Translations under genes and position numbers: made by a program
Notes under the pieces: model-generated
Databases searched by the model: none
The model's input: the letters and a program-made list of their open reading frames with translations, nothing else
What the model was told of the DNA's origin: nothing
In this document: positions 14,947 to 24,762 of the stretch, piece by piece
Layout: every line of letters begins with the position of its first letter
Position numbering within the stretch: position 1 is the first letter of the stretch
Virus record (IMG/VR): IMGVR_UViG_3300016667_001321
Location: 1-49,946 of that record
DNA from: a virus
Taxonomy: Duplodnaviria > Caudoviricetes
Strand: one strand, 5' to 3'
DNA: 49,946 nucleotides

Positions 14947-17900
14947 ATGTTACGAAAATTCATAATCGTTTTTTCGGCGATGCTGGCGGCGATCATTGGA
15001 CCTGTATCGCCCAGCCAAGCTCAGTTTACTCCGCCGCTTGATTCCAAGGTAAAGATTCCAAATGTGTTGTTGCTAGTCGACACGAGCGGGTCTATGACAT
15101 GGTCTCTAGATGGTGGAAACGCGGATTGCAAGGATGAGTTGAATCCGAAGAAGGCAAGGTACACGATTCTAGGCGAAGTCCTTACAGGAACGGTGGATGA
15201 CCTAGACTGTTGGTCAGGGATCGATCCTCTGAGCCTTGGAGGACCAGCTGTTCCACTCATGTCAAATTCAGAGAGGCATCAACCGGGTGGACAGAATTGT
15301 GTTCCTACGTTAAACCTTGATGTTGACATCATCAATTCACTAAAGGCACAACCCTTTGGCTGGCCTTATGAGGCATCCGATAAAGACAACTCATCGGCAA
15401 TCACCTACTGTGGTGCGAAGACCTCATTGAAATTCGCCAGATGCTTCAATGCATCGACTTGGTCCTCCCGAGATGTATGCAACAAGGCTAACATTGGGTG
15501 GAACCAGGCGGCCGATGGATTGCTTGACACCTACGGATCCAAGATTCGTTTTGGAATGATGTCATTCGATTCACTCGTTTGGTCAGGGTACTCCACCTCT
15601 GATTTCTACTCCAATAAAACGATGGCATGGTGGACCCCTGAGACCGGCGGAGGATTGACATACACATATGATCCCCTGTGCCGGAACAACACGATGGGCC
15701 ACTATTGCTTCCTTTATTATTTCCCGTACATGTACTATGACGTGGCTGAATGGTCATACTGGCATGGCACAGGAAGCACTTTGAGTTCCACCTGGCTGAC
15801 GGGCACGAGGTCTGCAACTTTGTTTCCGTCAAATGCAATCGTAGGCGGAATGTATTCGTTGGCCTCATCAGACATCGGAGCAAGGAATTCCCGGGCACTT
15901 CCGCACAAGGGGCGTTTGATTGGATTCGGACATCCGGATGCAGTTGCTACCGATACTGTTGCTCACAATGAAATGGTGCAGGATTCTATCCTTGGTTTGT
16001 CGATGAACCTAGAGCATAATACTCCTCTTGCAGCTCTAATGAGGGATGCCTATGAATTCATTACAAATGATGTTTCTACCAGTGGTGTGACTATTCCCCA
16101 TCCAACAACTTCAGCACCTACACTCACAACCATTGGACCTCAAACTGATGTTTATTTTTCCAATGCTGCCCGTTGCAGAGACACGCTGGTGATTCTTGTG
16201 ACGGATGGTGAACCTACAGGAGATTTGAACGACAGGATGTCATATTGGGCAGGAAAGCTCGCTGTCGAACAGGATGTCAAGACGATCGTGTTTGGCATTG
16301 GATTGGAGACAGCAAGATGGAAACCCAGCTCTACAATCCTCTCCAAGAAGTGTAGCGATTTAGTTCCTGCTGATTATAGTTCTGTTTCGACAGGCACTTC
16401 GATCTGCACTCGTGATGGATTGAACTGGAAGTATGCAGACAATCCCCTGTTTACCTCGGGACTTACATCCACCGATCGATCTGCCATTCGTGCCTGTTGC
16501 AACCTTCTCGAGACCGCGATCCTCGGAGACCCAACAAATTCCTATGGACAGGTTCCGTACTTCCCCAACGATCAAGCACAACTCAAACAAACCCTTGACA
16601 CGATCCTCAAGTCAATCGCAGGAACAACGGTAAGCAGAACAGTTCCTATCTTCGCGAACATCTCTTCAACCTTTCAATCAGGTAACGCACCGGCTTCATA
16701 CTATGAACTGCGATCAGCTCTCATCCCTGCATCGAAGCCCACCAGTGGAACCCTCGAGCGGGTGAGATATGCCTGCGATAATTCATCAGAACCTGTTCGA
16801 CAGAACATCGAAGAAATAAAAGGAGATCAATTCCACAAGAACCTCGATGCCACATCTGTCAGGCCTCGAAAGTTCATCACAATTGTTCCACAGAAGATTG
16901 GAAATGTTGTAAAGCCAATGTGGACAATCAGGCCCTCGACCGTTGTTGAAGATCAACTAATGGGATCTCCTGCAACATCAGGAAACTTTATCAGGTTGAA
17001 CGGTTCAGGTCCCGACCTCACGGCACCATACCAGCCTGACTTTGGTGTTGTTATCGATAATCTTTCAACAACAATCAATGCGCTCGGCGGTAGTTATCCA
17101 AAAGGATCAGAGCTACTGAACCTCTCCAATTCCGATAAGAATACATGTTCCAGTCAGGTTGGAACCAACAACTTGGATGAATGTGCCCAACGAGTCCTTC
17201 AGTGGTACGGAGGAAGTCCTCAGGTATATTCTTTGGGTGGAGGTAAGTTCTCACCTTCACGAGATCCAAACGTTTGTGGTGGTTGGGACAAGTGCGGTCC
17301 ACTAGGAGCAATCTTCAGGTCCAATCCTGCGATTGTTGAACCTCCCACACCCAATGCAGCTGAGCAATCATTCTCATCCAATAAACCATCGGGAGCTCAA
17401 TCATTTTACCAACAACAACGAACTCGACCAACGATGTTGTATTCTCAAACGATCGATGGAATCCTGCACGCATTTGTCTTATCCAAGAATGCTGCCCTTC
17501 CTGATCCGTACGGAAACGTATCCACGGTGGATTCTCTGGAGAACAACGAACTGTGGAGCTTCATTCCTCCCGCGATCCTTCCTCAGATTTGGCCCAACTT
17601 CAAGACAGAGGCTCGATTGTTGGATGGCCCTCTCGCTGTTGGTAACGTTGTGTTCAGCAGGAACATGACTCAGACTTCCGAGGGTGCAACAGAACTCTCA
17701 GGATTTAGAACTGTGTTGGTTGGCTCATCCGGTTATGGAGACTCAGGATTCTACTATGCGATGGATGTCACTAATCCGATGGAACCACGGTTCCTGTGGC
17801 AGCTTGTCAATTCTTCAGGTGGAAGTGCACTGTTCGGCAAGGTTCTACCCGGAGCCGCAATCACAACTCTAAAGATCAAGGATCCAAAGGATGGAATCGT

Positions 17901-19191
17901 CAAACAAGTTGGAGTTGCGATCCTTCCAGGAGGGAGAGATCCAGGTACACCCACCGCCACAATGTCTCGTAGGATCTTTTCTACATCTCGTTCACCGATC
18001 TTCACGTGGAACGGACAGTATTACCCGCGCACACTAATCCGCAGCTGGGGAGCAAAGGTTCCTTCTCGATCGTTGACCATCGTTGAGCTGGAAACGGGTA
18101 GAATCATCGCCCGCATGTCTGGTGAATGGGGTGACAATCCTGGAAAGACTTCAACGACAACGTGCTCAGGTGGACCGAGCGGAGCAGATTCAACAACATG
18201 CGGTTTGGCACCAAATGTTATTGTGAATCCAACGCGCGTTAGTTTCGATTCGCCCCTAACAGGAACACCCGTGGCATTTCCATCCGGTATTGCGCAGACA
18301 TCCACGCGGGTATACGTTGGTGATGCAGACGGTGTTGTTTGGCGGATCAACATGATTGATCCAGAGCCGTTAAAGTGGACGGCAGAGATCGCATGGGATG
18401 CCTACAATCACGCTTCTGTCCCCAATAATTCTCTAAAATTATCCTATGTTGTTAATGGAATCAATTCAGGAAATTCTTTAAACCTATCCACAACATCACT
18501 GTCAGCTGCTACAATGGGCCAGCCTATCGAACAACCACCGATCGTGTCCGTAGATTCTCGAGGGGTTCCAACTGTGACACTGACAACAGGTGATGGAGAA
18601 TCCTTCAACACGGTTTCTCCAGGAACGCTCAACTTCCTCACGACATTTGTTGATGATTTGAACACGATCGGCACAGCCTTCGCTCCAACAATCAGCTCGT
18701 CTCAAGGTATTTCGATGGTATTTACAGATGGTGGTAGGGTTACAGGTCCACCCACACTCTTCGATGGCAAACTATTCTTTAGTTATTTCTCACCTCAAAC
18801 GGCGACCGTTTGCACCTCAGGTAAAAGCGGATGGTGTGCAGTTGATTTTCTGAATGGTAATAACTCAACACCATTGGCTGTCATGGATGTGGATCCACTT
18901 CTTCCAGGAAACGATCGTTGTGCCACATTCCAGAACGGTGAGGTCGTCTTTGGTCTTGCAATCAATGCGGTTCCATCCTGTGTTCAAACGGAAGATAATT
19001 TCAACGATCAGTGGTTGGCAGGTCAATACAACAGTTATTCATCTTCGAAAGGTATGAACTACCAACTCGTGATGCAGACAAGCCAAGGTGGAACATCTGA
19101 GAATGGTTCAACAATCAACTCCACTCGAATCACCCTTCCTCCACCCCGAGCGAAGTCTCGCTTGCAATCGTGGGTTTCCGTGATGCAATAA
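14947..19191 (+). CDS. pilY1: Type IV pilus tip adhesin PilY1/PilC (signal peptide, vWA domain, beta-propeller)
   Basis: Sec signal ending SQA-Q; MIDAS VDTSGSM...TPLA...VILVTDGEP; DGILHAF, ELWSFIP, LDGP, YYAMDVTNP, VYVGDADGVVWR propeller motifs. Confidence 0.85.
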   Translation: MLRKFIIVFSAMLAAIIGPVSPSQAQFTPPLDSKVKIPNVLLLVDTSGSMTWSLDGGNADCKDELNPKKARYTILGEVLTGTVDDLDCWSGIDPLSLGGPAVPLMSNSERHQPGGQNCVPTLNLDVDIINSLKAQPFGWPYEASDKDNSSAITYCGAKTSLKFARCFNASTWSSRDVCNKANIGWNQAADGLLDTYGSKIRFGMMSFDSLVWSGYSTSDFYSNKTMAWWTPETGGGLTYTYDPLCRNNTMGHYCFLYYFPYMYYDVAEWSYWHGTGSTLSSTWLTGTRSATLFPSNAIVGGMYSLASSDIGARNSRALPHKGRLIGFGHPDAVATDTVAHNEMVQDSILGLSMNLEHNTPLAALMRDAYEFITNDVSTSGVTIPHPTTSAPTLTTIGPQTDVYFSNAARCRDTLVILVTDGEPTGDLNDRMSYWAGKLAVEQDVKTIVFGIGLETARWKPSSTILSKKCSDLVPADYSSVSTGTSICTRDGLNWKYADNPLFTSGLTSTDRSAIRACCNLLETAILGDPTNSYGQVPYFPNDQAQLKQTLDTILKSIAGTTVSRTVPIFANISSTFQSGNAPASYYELRSALIPASKPTSGTLERVRYACDNSSEPVRQNIEEIKGDQFHKNLDATSVRPRKFITIVPQKIGNVVKPMWTIRPSTVVEDQLMGSPATSGNFIRLNGSGPDLTAPYQPDFGVVIDNLSTTINALGGSYPKGSELLNLSNSDKNTCSSQVGTNNLDECAQRVLQWYGGSPQVYSLGGGKFSPSRDPNVCGGWDKCGPLGAIFRSNPAIVEPPTPNAAEQSFSSNKPSGAQSFYQQQRTRPTMLYSQTIDGILHAFVLSKNAALPDPYGNVSTVDSLENNELWSFIPPAILPQIWPNFKTEARLLDGPLAVGNVVFSRNMTQTSEGATELSGFRTVLVGSSGYGDSGFYYAMDVTNPMEPRFLWQLVNSSGGSALFGKVLPGAAITTLKIKDPKDGIVKQVGVAILPGGRDPGTPTATMSRRIFSTSRSPIFTWNGQYYPRTLIRSWGAKVPSRSLTIVELETGRIIARMSGEWGDNPGKTSTTTCSGGPSGADSTTCGLAPNVIVNPTRVSFDSPLTGTPVAFPSGIAQTSTRVYVGDADGVVWRINMIDPEPLKWTAEIAWDAYNHASVPNNSLKLSYVVNGINSGNSLNLSTTSLSAATMGQPIEQPPIVSVDSRGVPTVTLTTGDGESFNTVSPGTLNFLTTFVDDLNTIGTAFAPTISSSQGISMVFTDGGRVTGPPTLFDGKLFFSYFSPQTATVCTSGKSGWCAVDFLNGNNSTPLAVMDVDPLLPGNDRCATFQNGEVVFGLAINAVPSCVQTEDNFNDQWLAGQYNSYSSSKGMNYQLVMQTSQGGTSENGSTINSTRITLPPPRAKSRLQSWVSVMQ

Positions 19192-19197
19192 TTCAAA

Positions 19198-19236
19198 TAA
19201 AAACGACCGGGAACTAAAAGTTCCCGGTCGAAAACT
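19198..19236. terminator. Hairpin terminator between convergent genes
   Basis: CGACCGGGAACT-AAA-AGTTCCCGGTCG; the A-run on the left gives a U-tract for the minus strand. Confidence 0.75.
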
Positions 19237-19251
19237 AGGTTTTATCGCGAA

Positions 19252-20193
19252 TCAGATCGAGATTCCATATTTGGCAGCAAGATATGCCAGCGTTTGATCT
19301 CTTTCTTGCGTTGTGTGCTGCGTCTTGTAAAGAATTACTTCAGCTATTCTACCGCTGAAACCGTGAGCGATTCTTCTGTCATATCCCATGAAGCTTCTCT
19401 CACCAGCTAGACCTCCGAGAACTATTTCAGTATTGCCTCCGGTTGGCAAACTAAGCGTAGATGTAGAGGCAAAAGTTTCTGCTTGAGTTGCTGAAGATCC
19501 ATTCACTAGAAGCTCTGAGTTTTGCATTTGTTCCCCAGCTCCTATTATGAATGAAGTAATTTTTGCATCGGTGTTTGCCTGATATATATCGTTAGGCTGG
19601 CCGGTGTATTCTACCCAAGTTACCCAGTTAGGCGATCCTCCACTGTTTTGTGGTGAACCTTTTGCCCAACCATTGGCGCCATTGACATCTATACCAGCCA
19701 TTTTATTTAATCTATTGAATGTTTGACCGACAGATATGACAGGTTGGAATTGGAAAGGAATTGCCAAATCTGTCTTGAAAACTGCATATAATGATATTGG
19801 ATCAGAACCTTTTGGAATGTTTCCCGTTGTGGGATCTCCTGCAAAATACATCGAGAACCCGTCAGGGTAATAAGGGTCTCCCCCGCGGACGTGATCAAAC
19901 ACCACTGATTTTCTACCATTGAAATAAGTTCCTGTTGTATCTAACTGAGGCTTCATTCCGTAAATCGTGAAAGAGCTTAAGTTATTTCCATTTCCGCTCT
20001 TATCAGCCCAACTGTCGATGTCAGAACCACCCGCTTGCATGATATCTTCTGCATCATACCAAGCTGACATTAGTGTCATTGGAGGTGAACCTGGTCCTCC
20101 ACCATCCCCTCCACCAGATGATGGAATATTTAAGCTTCCGCCTGTACCTGTAAATTTGATGGATCCTCCGGATCCTTTTGTCACTATGGCCAT
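19252..20193 (-). CDS. LamG-like virion protein (paralog of the N-terminal domain of 7961-9430)
   Basis: AWYDA..DSWADKSGNGNNL...FSGRIAEVILY..YLAAKYGI; start at MAIVTKG. Confidence 0.7.
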   Translation of the reverse strand: MAIVTKGSGGSIKFTGTGGSLNIPSSGGGDGGGPGSPPMTLMSAWYDAEDIMQAGGSDIDSWADKSGNGNNLSSFTIYGMKPQLDTTGTYFNGRKSVVFDHVRGGDPYYPDGFSMYFAGDPTTGNIPKGSDPISLYAVFKTDLAIPFQFQPVISVGQTFNRLNKMAGIDVNGANGWAKGSPQNSGGSPNWVTWVEYTGQPNDIYQANTDAKITSFIIGAGEQMQNSELLVNGSSATQAETFASTSTLSLPTGGNTEIVLGGLAGERSFMGYDRRIAHGFSGRIAEVILYKTQHTTQERDQTLAYLAAKYGISI

Positions 20194-20352
20194 AAAATCT
20201 CCTTCTGATCTATACAGATCAGACAACTATAAATATCGACATCTCCAAAGAATCAGCGAATTCACTTTTGATTTTCTAGAAATGACTCAGATAATTCCCG
20301 ACAAATTGATCCTGTGAAAACCTCACATCAATTATTGTAATATGCATGAGGT

Positions 20353-20961
20353 ATGATCAGGTTCCTTGGAAAGCTGCCTCGCAAGTGTGTTGTGGCCTTC
20401 AGCGGAGGTGTTGATTCAGTGGCGGTGACTGATTTCCTGTTGAACGGAAAGCGTGATGTCCATCTGGCATTTTTTCACCACGGAACGACGACATCCGATG
20501 ATGCTGAAAAGTTTGCAAAGGAATTCTCCAGGGAGAGGAACCTGAACCTATCCATCGGGAGGATCAGCGGTGAAAAGCCTCCTGGAGAATCCATGGAGGA
20601 ATACTGGCGGAACGAAAGGTATCGATTCCTTTCTATGTATAATTTCCCGGTGATTACTGCGCATCACCTTGGAGATGCTGTTGAAACATGGATCTTCAAT
20701 TCCCTACATGGAAATCCCCGAATTTTACCTTACCAACGTAACAACGTCATCAGGCCTTTCCTTATTACCCCTAAGTCTGAGTTGATCGATTGGGCTAAAA
20801 GGAAAGGATTGAAGTGGATGGAGGACGAATCCAACAATGATCTGAAGTACATGAGAAACCTGATCAGGCATAAAATCGTTCCTGAGGCGATGGTGATTAA
20901 CCCTGGTCTTGACAAGGTTGTAAAGAAGATGTATATTAAAGAAGAGATGAAAGAGGGGTAA
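20353..20961 (+). CDS. tilS: tRNA(Ile)-lysidine synthase (compact)
   Basis: PP-loop AFSGGVDS; FHHG; RNERY; TAHHLGDAVET; IRPFL; EDESN; RNLIRH. Confidence 0.9.
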   Translation: MIRFLGKLPRKCVVAFSGGVDSVAVTDFLLNGKRDVHLAFFHHGTTTSDDAEKFAKEFSRERNLNLSIGRISGEKPPGESMEEYWRNERYRFLSMYNFPVITAHHLGDAVETWIFNSLHGNPRILPYQRNNVIRPFLITPKSELIDWAKRKGLKWMEDESNNDLKYMRNLIRHKIVPEAMVINPGLDKVVKKMYIKEEMKEG

Positions 20962-20964
20962 ACC

Positions 20965-21216
20965 ATGGAAATGTTTAGAAAACCTACGTGGATTGAGTTA
21001 AAAGTTCCACATCCTGTGGCGGGGATGGTTTTCATCCACGTTACAAGACCTGATCGGCCATTAATGATAACGGATATCCTAGAGGATGAGATACAGCGTG
21101 TAGACGTGGCGGGCGTCACGGCACCTTGGGGGTCCATCGAAGATTGGCGAGATGAGGTTCGCCATAGAAATATAGAGGTTGTTTATGACCCAAAGCATTA
21201 CATTCAAAAAAGGTGA
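20965..21216 (+). CDS. Hypothetical protein
   Basis: ORF directly after tilS with GAGGGG upstream. Confidence 0.55.
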   Translation: MEMFRKPTWIELKVPHPVAGMVFIHVTRPDRPLMITDILEDEIQRVDVAGVTAPWGSIEDWRDEVRHRNIEVVYDPKHYIQKR

Positions 21217-21421
21217 TTTGGTTCTCTACGATAAGTTTGGATCTTATCATGAGTCAGTATCCCCTTCTGTCTTCATTGACGATTTTGCTGTAGGAATTAT
21301 TCTTGAAATTGTAGAGGAAAAGAACGGAGGTGCTGACAACGCTTTCGCAGAGATCATAAAGGAAGATGGGTCAAAAGGTTTCTTTTCTTTATCTTATCTA
21401 AATTCGTTCGAACAGCCATAA
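21185..21421 (+). CDS. SH3/KOW-like small protein (dispersed paralog)
   Basis: FKKGDLV...VGIILEI...AEIIKEDGSKGFF..YL. Confidence 0.7.
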   Translation: MTQSITFKKGDLVLYDKFGSYHESVSPSVFIDDFAVGIILEIVEEKNGGADNAFAEIIKEDGSKGFFSLSYLNSFEQP

Positions 21422-21433
21422 AAAGGAAATTTG

Positions 21434-22009
21434 ATGAGTGACTTGAAAAATCCGTCGTGGCCACAGGGACAGTTCGATCATAGGAACGTCATCGATTATT
21501 ACAAATATTGGGAGCACGATGCGATCCTAGCCGACCAAGACAAGAACAGGTGCCGTTTGAAAATCGTGGCTGAGAATTTTGGAAATGACTTCAACATCTC
21601 AACCGTCGTGAGATCTTCAAATGCTTTCTTGTGCAACGAAGTGATCATCGTTGGTCGAAGACGTTGGGATCGGCGCGGAGCTTGCGGTACGCATAATTAT
21701 GAGCACGTAAACTATGAAGAGAATATTGGGAGCGTTATCTCCAAGAATCCGAATCATAGAGTGGTCGTGCTAGATAATGTTCCAGGAGCCTCTTCGATTT
21801 ATGATTATAAATGGCATGAAGATACATTGCTTGTTTTAGGGCAAGAATCAATTGGGGTATCTCCTGAATCGATGGTGGCGGCCCATGATGTGATCTACAT
21901 CCCACAATGGGGATCGGTTAGATCGTTGAACGTCGGATCAGCCGCCACAGTAGCCATGGCGTTTTATCGAGGACAGTGGGGTAAAGATCAGCCGACACCA
22001 TCCCAATAA
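21434..22009 (+). CDS. spoU: SpoU/TrmH-family SPOUT RNA 2'-O-methyltransferase
   Basis: NISTVVRS; LVLGQESIGVS; IYIPQWGSVRSLNVGSAA. Confidence 0.85.
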   Translation: MSDLKNPSWPQGQFDHRNVIDYYKYWEHDAILADQDKNRCRLKIVAENFGNDFNISTVVRSSNAFLCNEVIIVGRRRWDRRGACGTHNYEHVNYEENIGSVISKNPNHRVVVLDNVPGASSIYDYKWHEDTLLVLGQESIGVSPESMVAAHDVIYIPQWGSVRSLNVGSAATVAMAFYRGQWGKDQPTPSQ

Positions 22010-22392
22010 TTGGATCCGTCGACAGAACCGGTTAGAATTGGCATGAACCTTCCATCGATCGTGGTTAACGCGCAGTAAACGCTGTACGTATATGCTCCTG
22101 AAGCGTTTGCTCTAATGAATATTTCTTTCACTCTTGCATCAAGGGTGATAGTTTGACCACCATTTACTAATACGTAATTTGTGCCGTTAATTCCATTCTC
22201 AGTAAATCCAATCCTGATTCTATTGGTTGCCGTCGTGTCAGTATTCACGAAAGTTATACTTTTAGTGACTTTTGGTAAAGAGTACTTGGTGACGATTACT
22301 CCGCTAGTGGCAGCTGTAACTGTCCATGGCAAACCTGAAGTTTGAAATTCTGGTGTGCTAAAAAAGCCTGAACTTGGATTATTAAGTGACAT
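21988..22392 (-). CDS. Conserved phage protein (paralog of 12462-12854)
   Basis: FQTSGLPW..LPKVTK..FTENG..LTTI..ILTGS..GVG. Confidence 0.7.
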   Translation of the reverse strand: MSLNNPSSGFFSTPEFQTSGLPWTVTAATSGVIVTKYSLPKVTKSITFVNTDTTATNRIRIGFTENGINGTNYVLVNGGQTITLDARVKEIFIRANASGAYTYSVYCALTTIDGRFMPILTGSVDGSNYWDGVG

Positions 22393-22438
22393 AATTTCTC
22401 ATTATATGTATAATGGGAGCGAGTAAACGGAAGCTAAA

Positions 22439-22804
22439 ATGAAAGTATTGGTTCTAAACGATTCTGAGAGTGAGTTTCTTGCAATTGCAGCGCACCACGA
22501 AAATTCTGATGTGTTACATGCGCACCGTTACCTACAATTTTTGCAGCAGATAGACGGGCAAGATTGGGACATCGTGTACCTCGATGATGACCTTTCCTCT
22601 GCAGCTGAACCTGATTCTTGGTTCGACGGCAACGGGTTCAAGAGACTTTACGATGGCATTCATGCCGCAAGGGCGATAGCTACGTTGGCTGAAATTGGGA
22701 AGAACCCCACGAAGCGAGTCATCATTTCTTCGGACTCGGCCGCAGCGAGCAAAATGCTACAGATTTTATCTGACGTCGGAGTAAACGTCACAAAAAGTAC
22801 TTGA
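22439..22804 (+). CDS. Stand-alone receiver-fold protein (cyclic-phosphate-processing REC-like)
   Basis: MKVLVLND...WDIVYLDDDL...DG..AA..I...VIISS. Confidence 0.55.
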   Translation: MKVLVLNDSESEFLAIAAHHENSDVLHAHRYLQFLQQIDGQDWDIVYLDDDLSSAAEPDSWFDGNGFKRLYDGIHAARAIATLAEIGKNPTKRVIISSDSAAASKMLQILSDVGVNVTKST

Positions 22805-22840
22805 GTTTGAACAAAGAATCTTACATTGATTAATTTAACA

Positions 22841-23347
22841 ATGATGAAAATTACACCTTCACAAAAGTTGTTTCTACATAACGTTCTTTTTCACTATCTC
22901 ACGCTCCCAGATGTCAGTATGAGAACTCAAGATGGAGTTGAAGAAATCATGCATCTTCTCGAAGATGAACTCATTCATCATGATGATGAAGACAATGATT
23001 TAGAGGATGATCAAGATGAAAAAGTAAAAGTAGAACTTCGGTCTCATGATGAGGAAGTTTCAGCATGGAGTTTAATGGATTTGCCTCCTTGTCGAGCCAA
23101 AACTTCTGACGAAGAGACGGGCAATCTATCTTTTTTTGGTGATGATGTAGATCTTCGATTCGACATCATTAATGACGATGGAACTGTCGTTGAAGAAGGA
23201 GATAGAGTTTTGCAGGTTATCCGCCGCGGAAAAGAAATCACACTGGTAAATGAGGAAGGTGATGAAAAGACTTTTCAAGTTTCAAAGTTTCCAAAGGAAT
23301 GGACCAGTTTACTTAAAGCCAACCTATTTTATGGTGTGATGGATTGA
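22841..23347 (+). CDS. Acidic hypothetical protein
   Basis: Long D/E-rich ORF; overlaps the next gene. Confidence 0.65.
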   Translation: MMKITPSQKLFLHNVLFHYLTLPDVSMRTQDGVEEIMHLLEDELIHHDDEDNDLEDDQDEKVKVELRSHDEEVSAWSLMDLPPCRAKTSDEETGNLSFFGDDVDLRFDIINDDGTVVEEGDRVLQVIRRGKEITLVNEEGDEKTFQVSKFPKEWTSLLKANLFYGVMD

Positions 23348-23670
23348 ATATGATGTTACAATTATCGCCGCAAGAATTGCTCGATTTATATAAAGCTGTG
23401 TTACTTTCGAACGACTCTGTTTCTCGCCACGATATTCTTATGAAAATAGAGCATATAATGCTTTCTTCATTGGAAAATTCTTGGCAAAAAACCGTAACAA
23501 CTGGTTTCGATAAATGGTTAAAGTCTGAGACAAACAAGATTAAAGATCTAGAAGACGAGATTAAGAAAATAAATGAATCAATACCTAGAGAAGAATTAAT
23601 TAAAAAATTTGTGCCTGCTTCTTCTTCCTCAAGAAGTAAGCAAAAAGGAAGACCACGAAAAAGCAAATGA
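23344..23670 (+). CDS. Hypothetical protein with coiled coil and basic KGRPRK tail
   Basis: ORF; AT-hook-like GRPRK at the C-terminus. Confidence 0.6.
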   Translation: MNMMLQLSPQELLDLYKAVLLSNDSVSRHDILMKIEHIMLSSLENSWQKTVTTGFDKWLKSETNKIKDLEDEIKKINESIPREELIKKFVPASSSSRSKQKGRPRKSK

Positions 23671-23674
23671 TTCA

Positions 23675-24050
23675 GGGGCCAAAATAGTTTCGACGTGGTT
23701 TTGACATCGATCTATGCAGGCCCAGGTGCACGAGGAACCTGGTAAAAATCCAAGTGACGTATAGTTGCCAACGACAACGGCTACGCTCCAGCTGCCTTAG
23801 CGGCCTGACTGGTTGGGTGGTGACAACCTAGAGACAGAAAGTCACAACCAATGGTTATCCTCATTGTATGAGGTGGGGTTTCTCTCGGAAGGTGGTTCCG
23901 GAAGACGACTAATGGGTTTCGATCCGACCGGTCGTAAAATTGGTCAGATCGAATAGACTAGGATGGCGTCGATAAAATCATTCCAAGCCTGTGGACGAAT
24001 TGTTTGATTGAAGAATTGCGGACACCGGGGCAGTACCGGTTGGCTCCACC
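23675..24050 (+). ncRNA. ssrA: One-piece tmRNA; tag ANDNGYAPAALAA* at 23767-23808
   Basis: 5' GGGGCCA..TTCGAC; 3' TGGCTCC-A-CC with G3.U; T arm ACCGG-GGCAGTA-CCGGT; tag ends in LAA. Confidence 0.92.
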
Positions 24051-24079
24051 TGTTGTATATTTATAATCTGTAAAAACAT

Positions 24080-24682
24080 ATGAATATCATTAAAGACATC
24101 TCAAAACGTTTAGAAAAAGTCGAGCTACGTTACAACCCAGTGATCATCAGGGTGAATAAATTTGATGAGGAAGCCGCCGAAAAGTTCTCCAATCAAATGT
24201 CGGCCGCGCAGTCCACGGGTCAAACGATGATCCCAGTGGTCATAGACTCTTATGGGGGTCAAGTCTACTCTCTCATGTCCATGATCGCAAACATTAAGGC
24301 TTCAAACATTCCGGTGGCAACAATCGTCGAAGGTAAGGCCATGTCATGCGGTGCGTTGTTGTTCAGCTACGGTACTTCTGGTTATCGTTTCATGGATAAG
24401 CACGCCACCATCATGATCCATGATGTTTCTAGTGGTGCCAGGGGAAAGATCGAAGAGATCAAGGCCGACGCAAAAGAAGGTGATAGACTAAACCAGCTTG
24501 TTTATAGAGAAATGGCGGCAAATTGTGGCAAGGAACCTGAATTCTTTTTGAAGCAAATTCATGATAGGTCACATGCCGATTGGTATTTGGACGCAGAAGA
24601 AGCCCAATCGATCGGTCTGGCGAACCATCTACGAGTTCCTAGCCTCAAGGTGAAGGTCGACGTGTCTTATAGCTTTGAGTGA
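24080..24682 (+). CDS. clpP: ClpP protease proteolytic subunit
   Basis: IDSYGG; GKAMSCG (Ser); IMIHDV (His); DWYLDAEEA..GL (Asp). Confidence 0.88.
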   Translation: MNIIKDISKRLEKVELRYNPVIIRVNKFDEEAAEKFSNQMSAAQSTGQTMIPVVIDSYGGQVYSLMSMIANIKASNIPVATIVEGKAMSCGALLFSYGTSGYRFMDKHATIMIHDVSSGARGKIEEIKADAKEGDRLNQLVYREMAANCGKEPEFFLKQIHDRSHADWYLDAEEAQSIGLANHLRVPSLKVKVDVSYSFE

Positions 24683-24762
24683 TTAAACAATTATAATTCG
24701 TTGGCGATTTTAAGCCATAATTATTCTTGTGGGACATCTGCAGGTGTCTCTAAGGAGTAGTT

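Noticed and set aside
15021-19057. Many antisense and alternate-frame ORFs inside pilY1 (likewise in prkA, groEL and others)
   Set aside because: Shadow ORFs of long coding genes, without motifs or expression signals.
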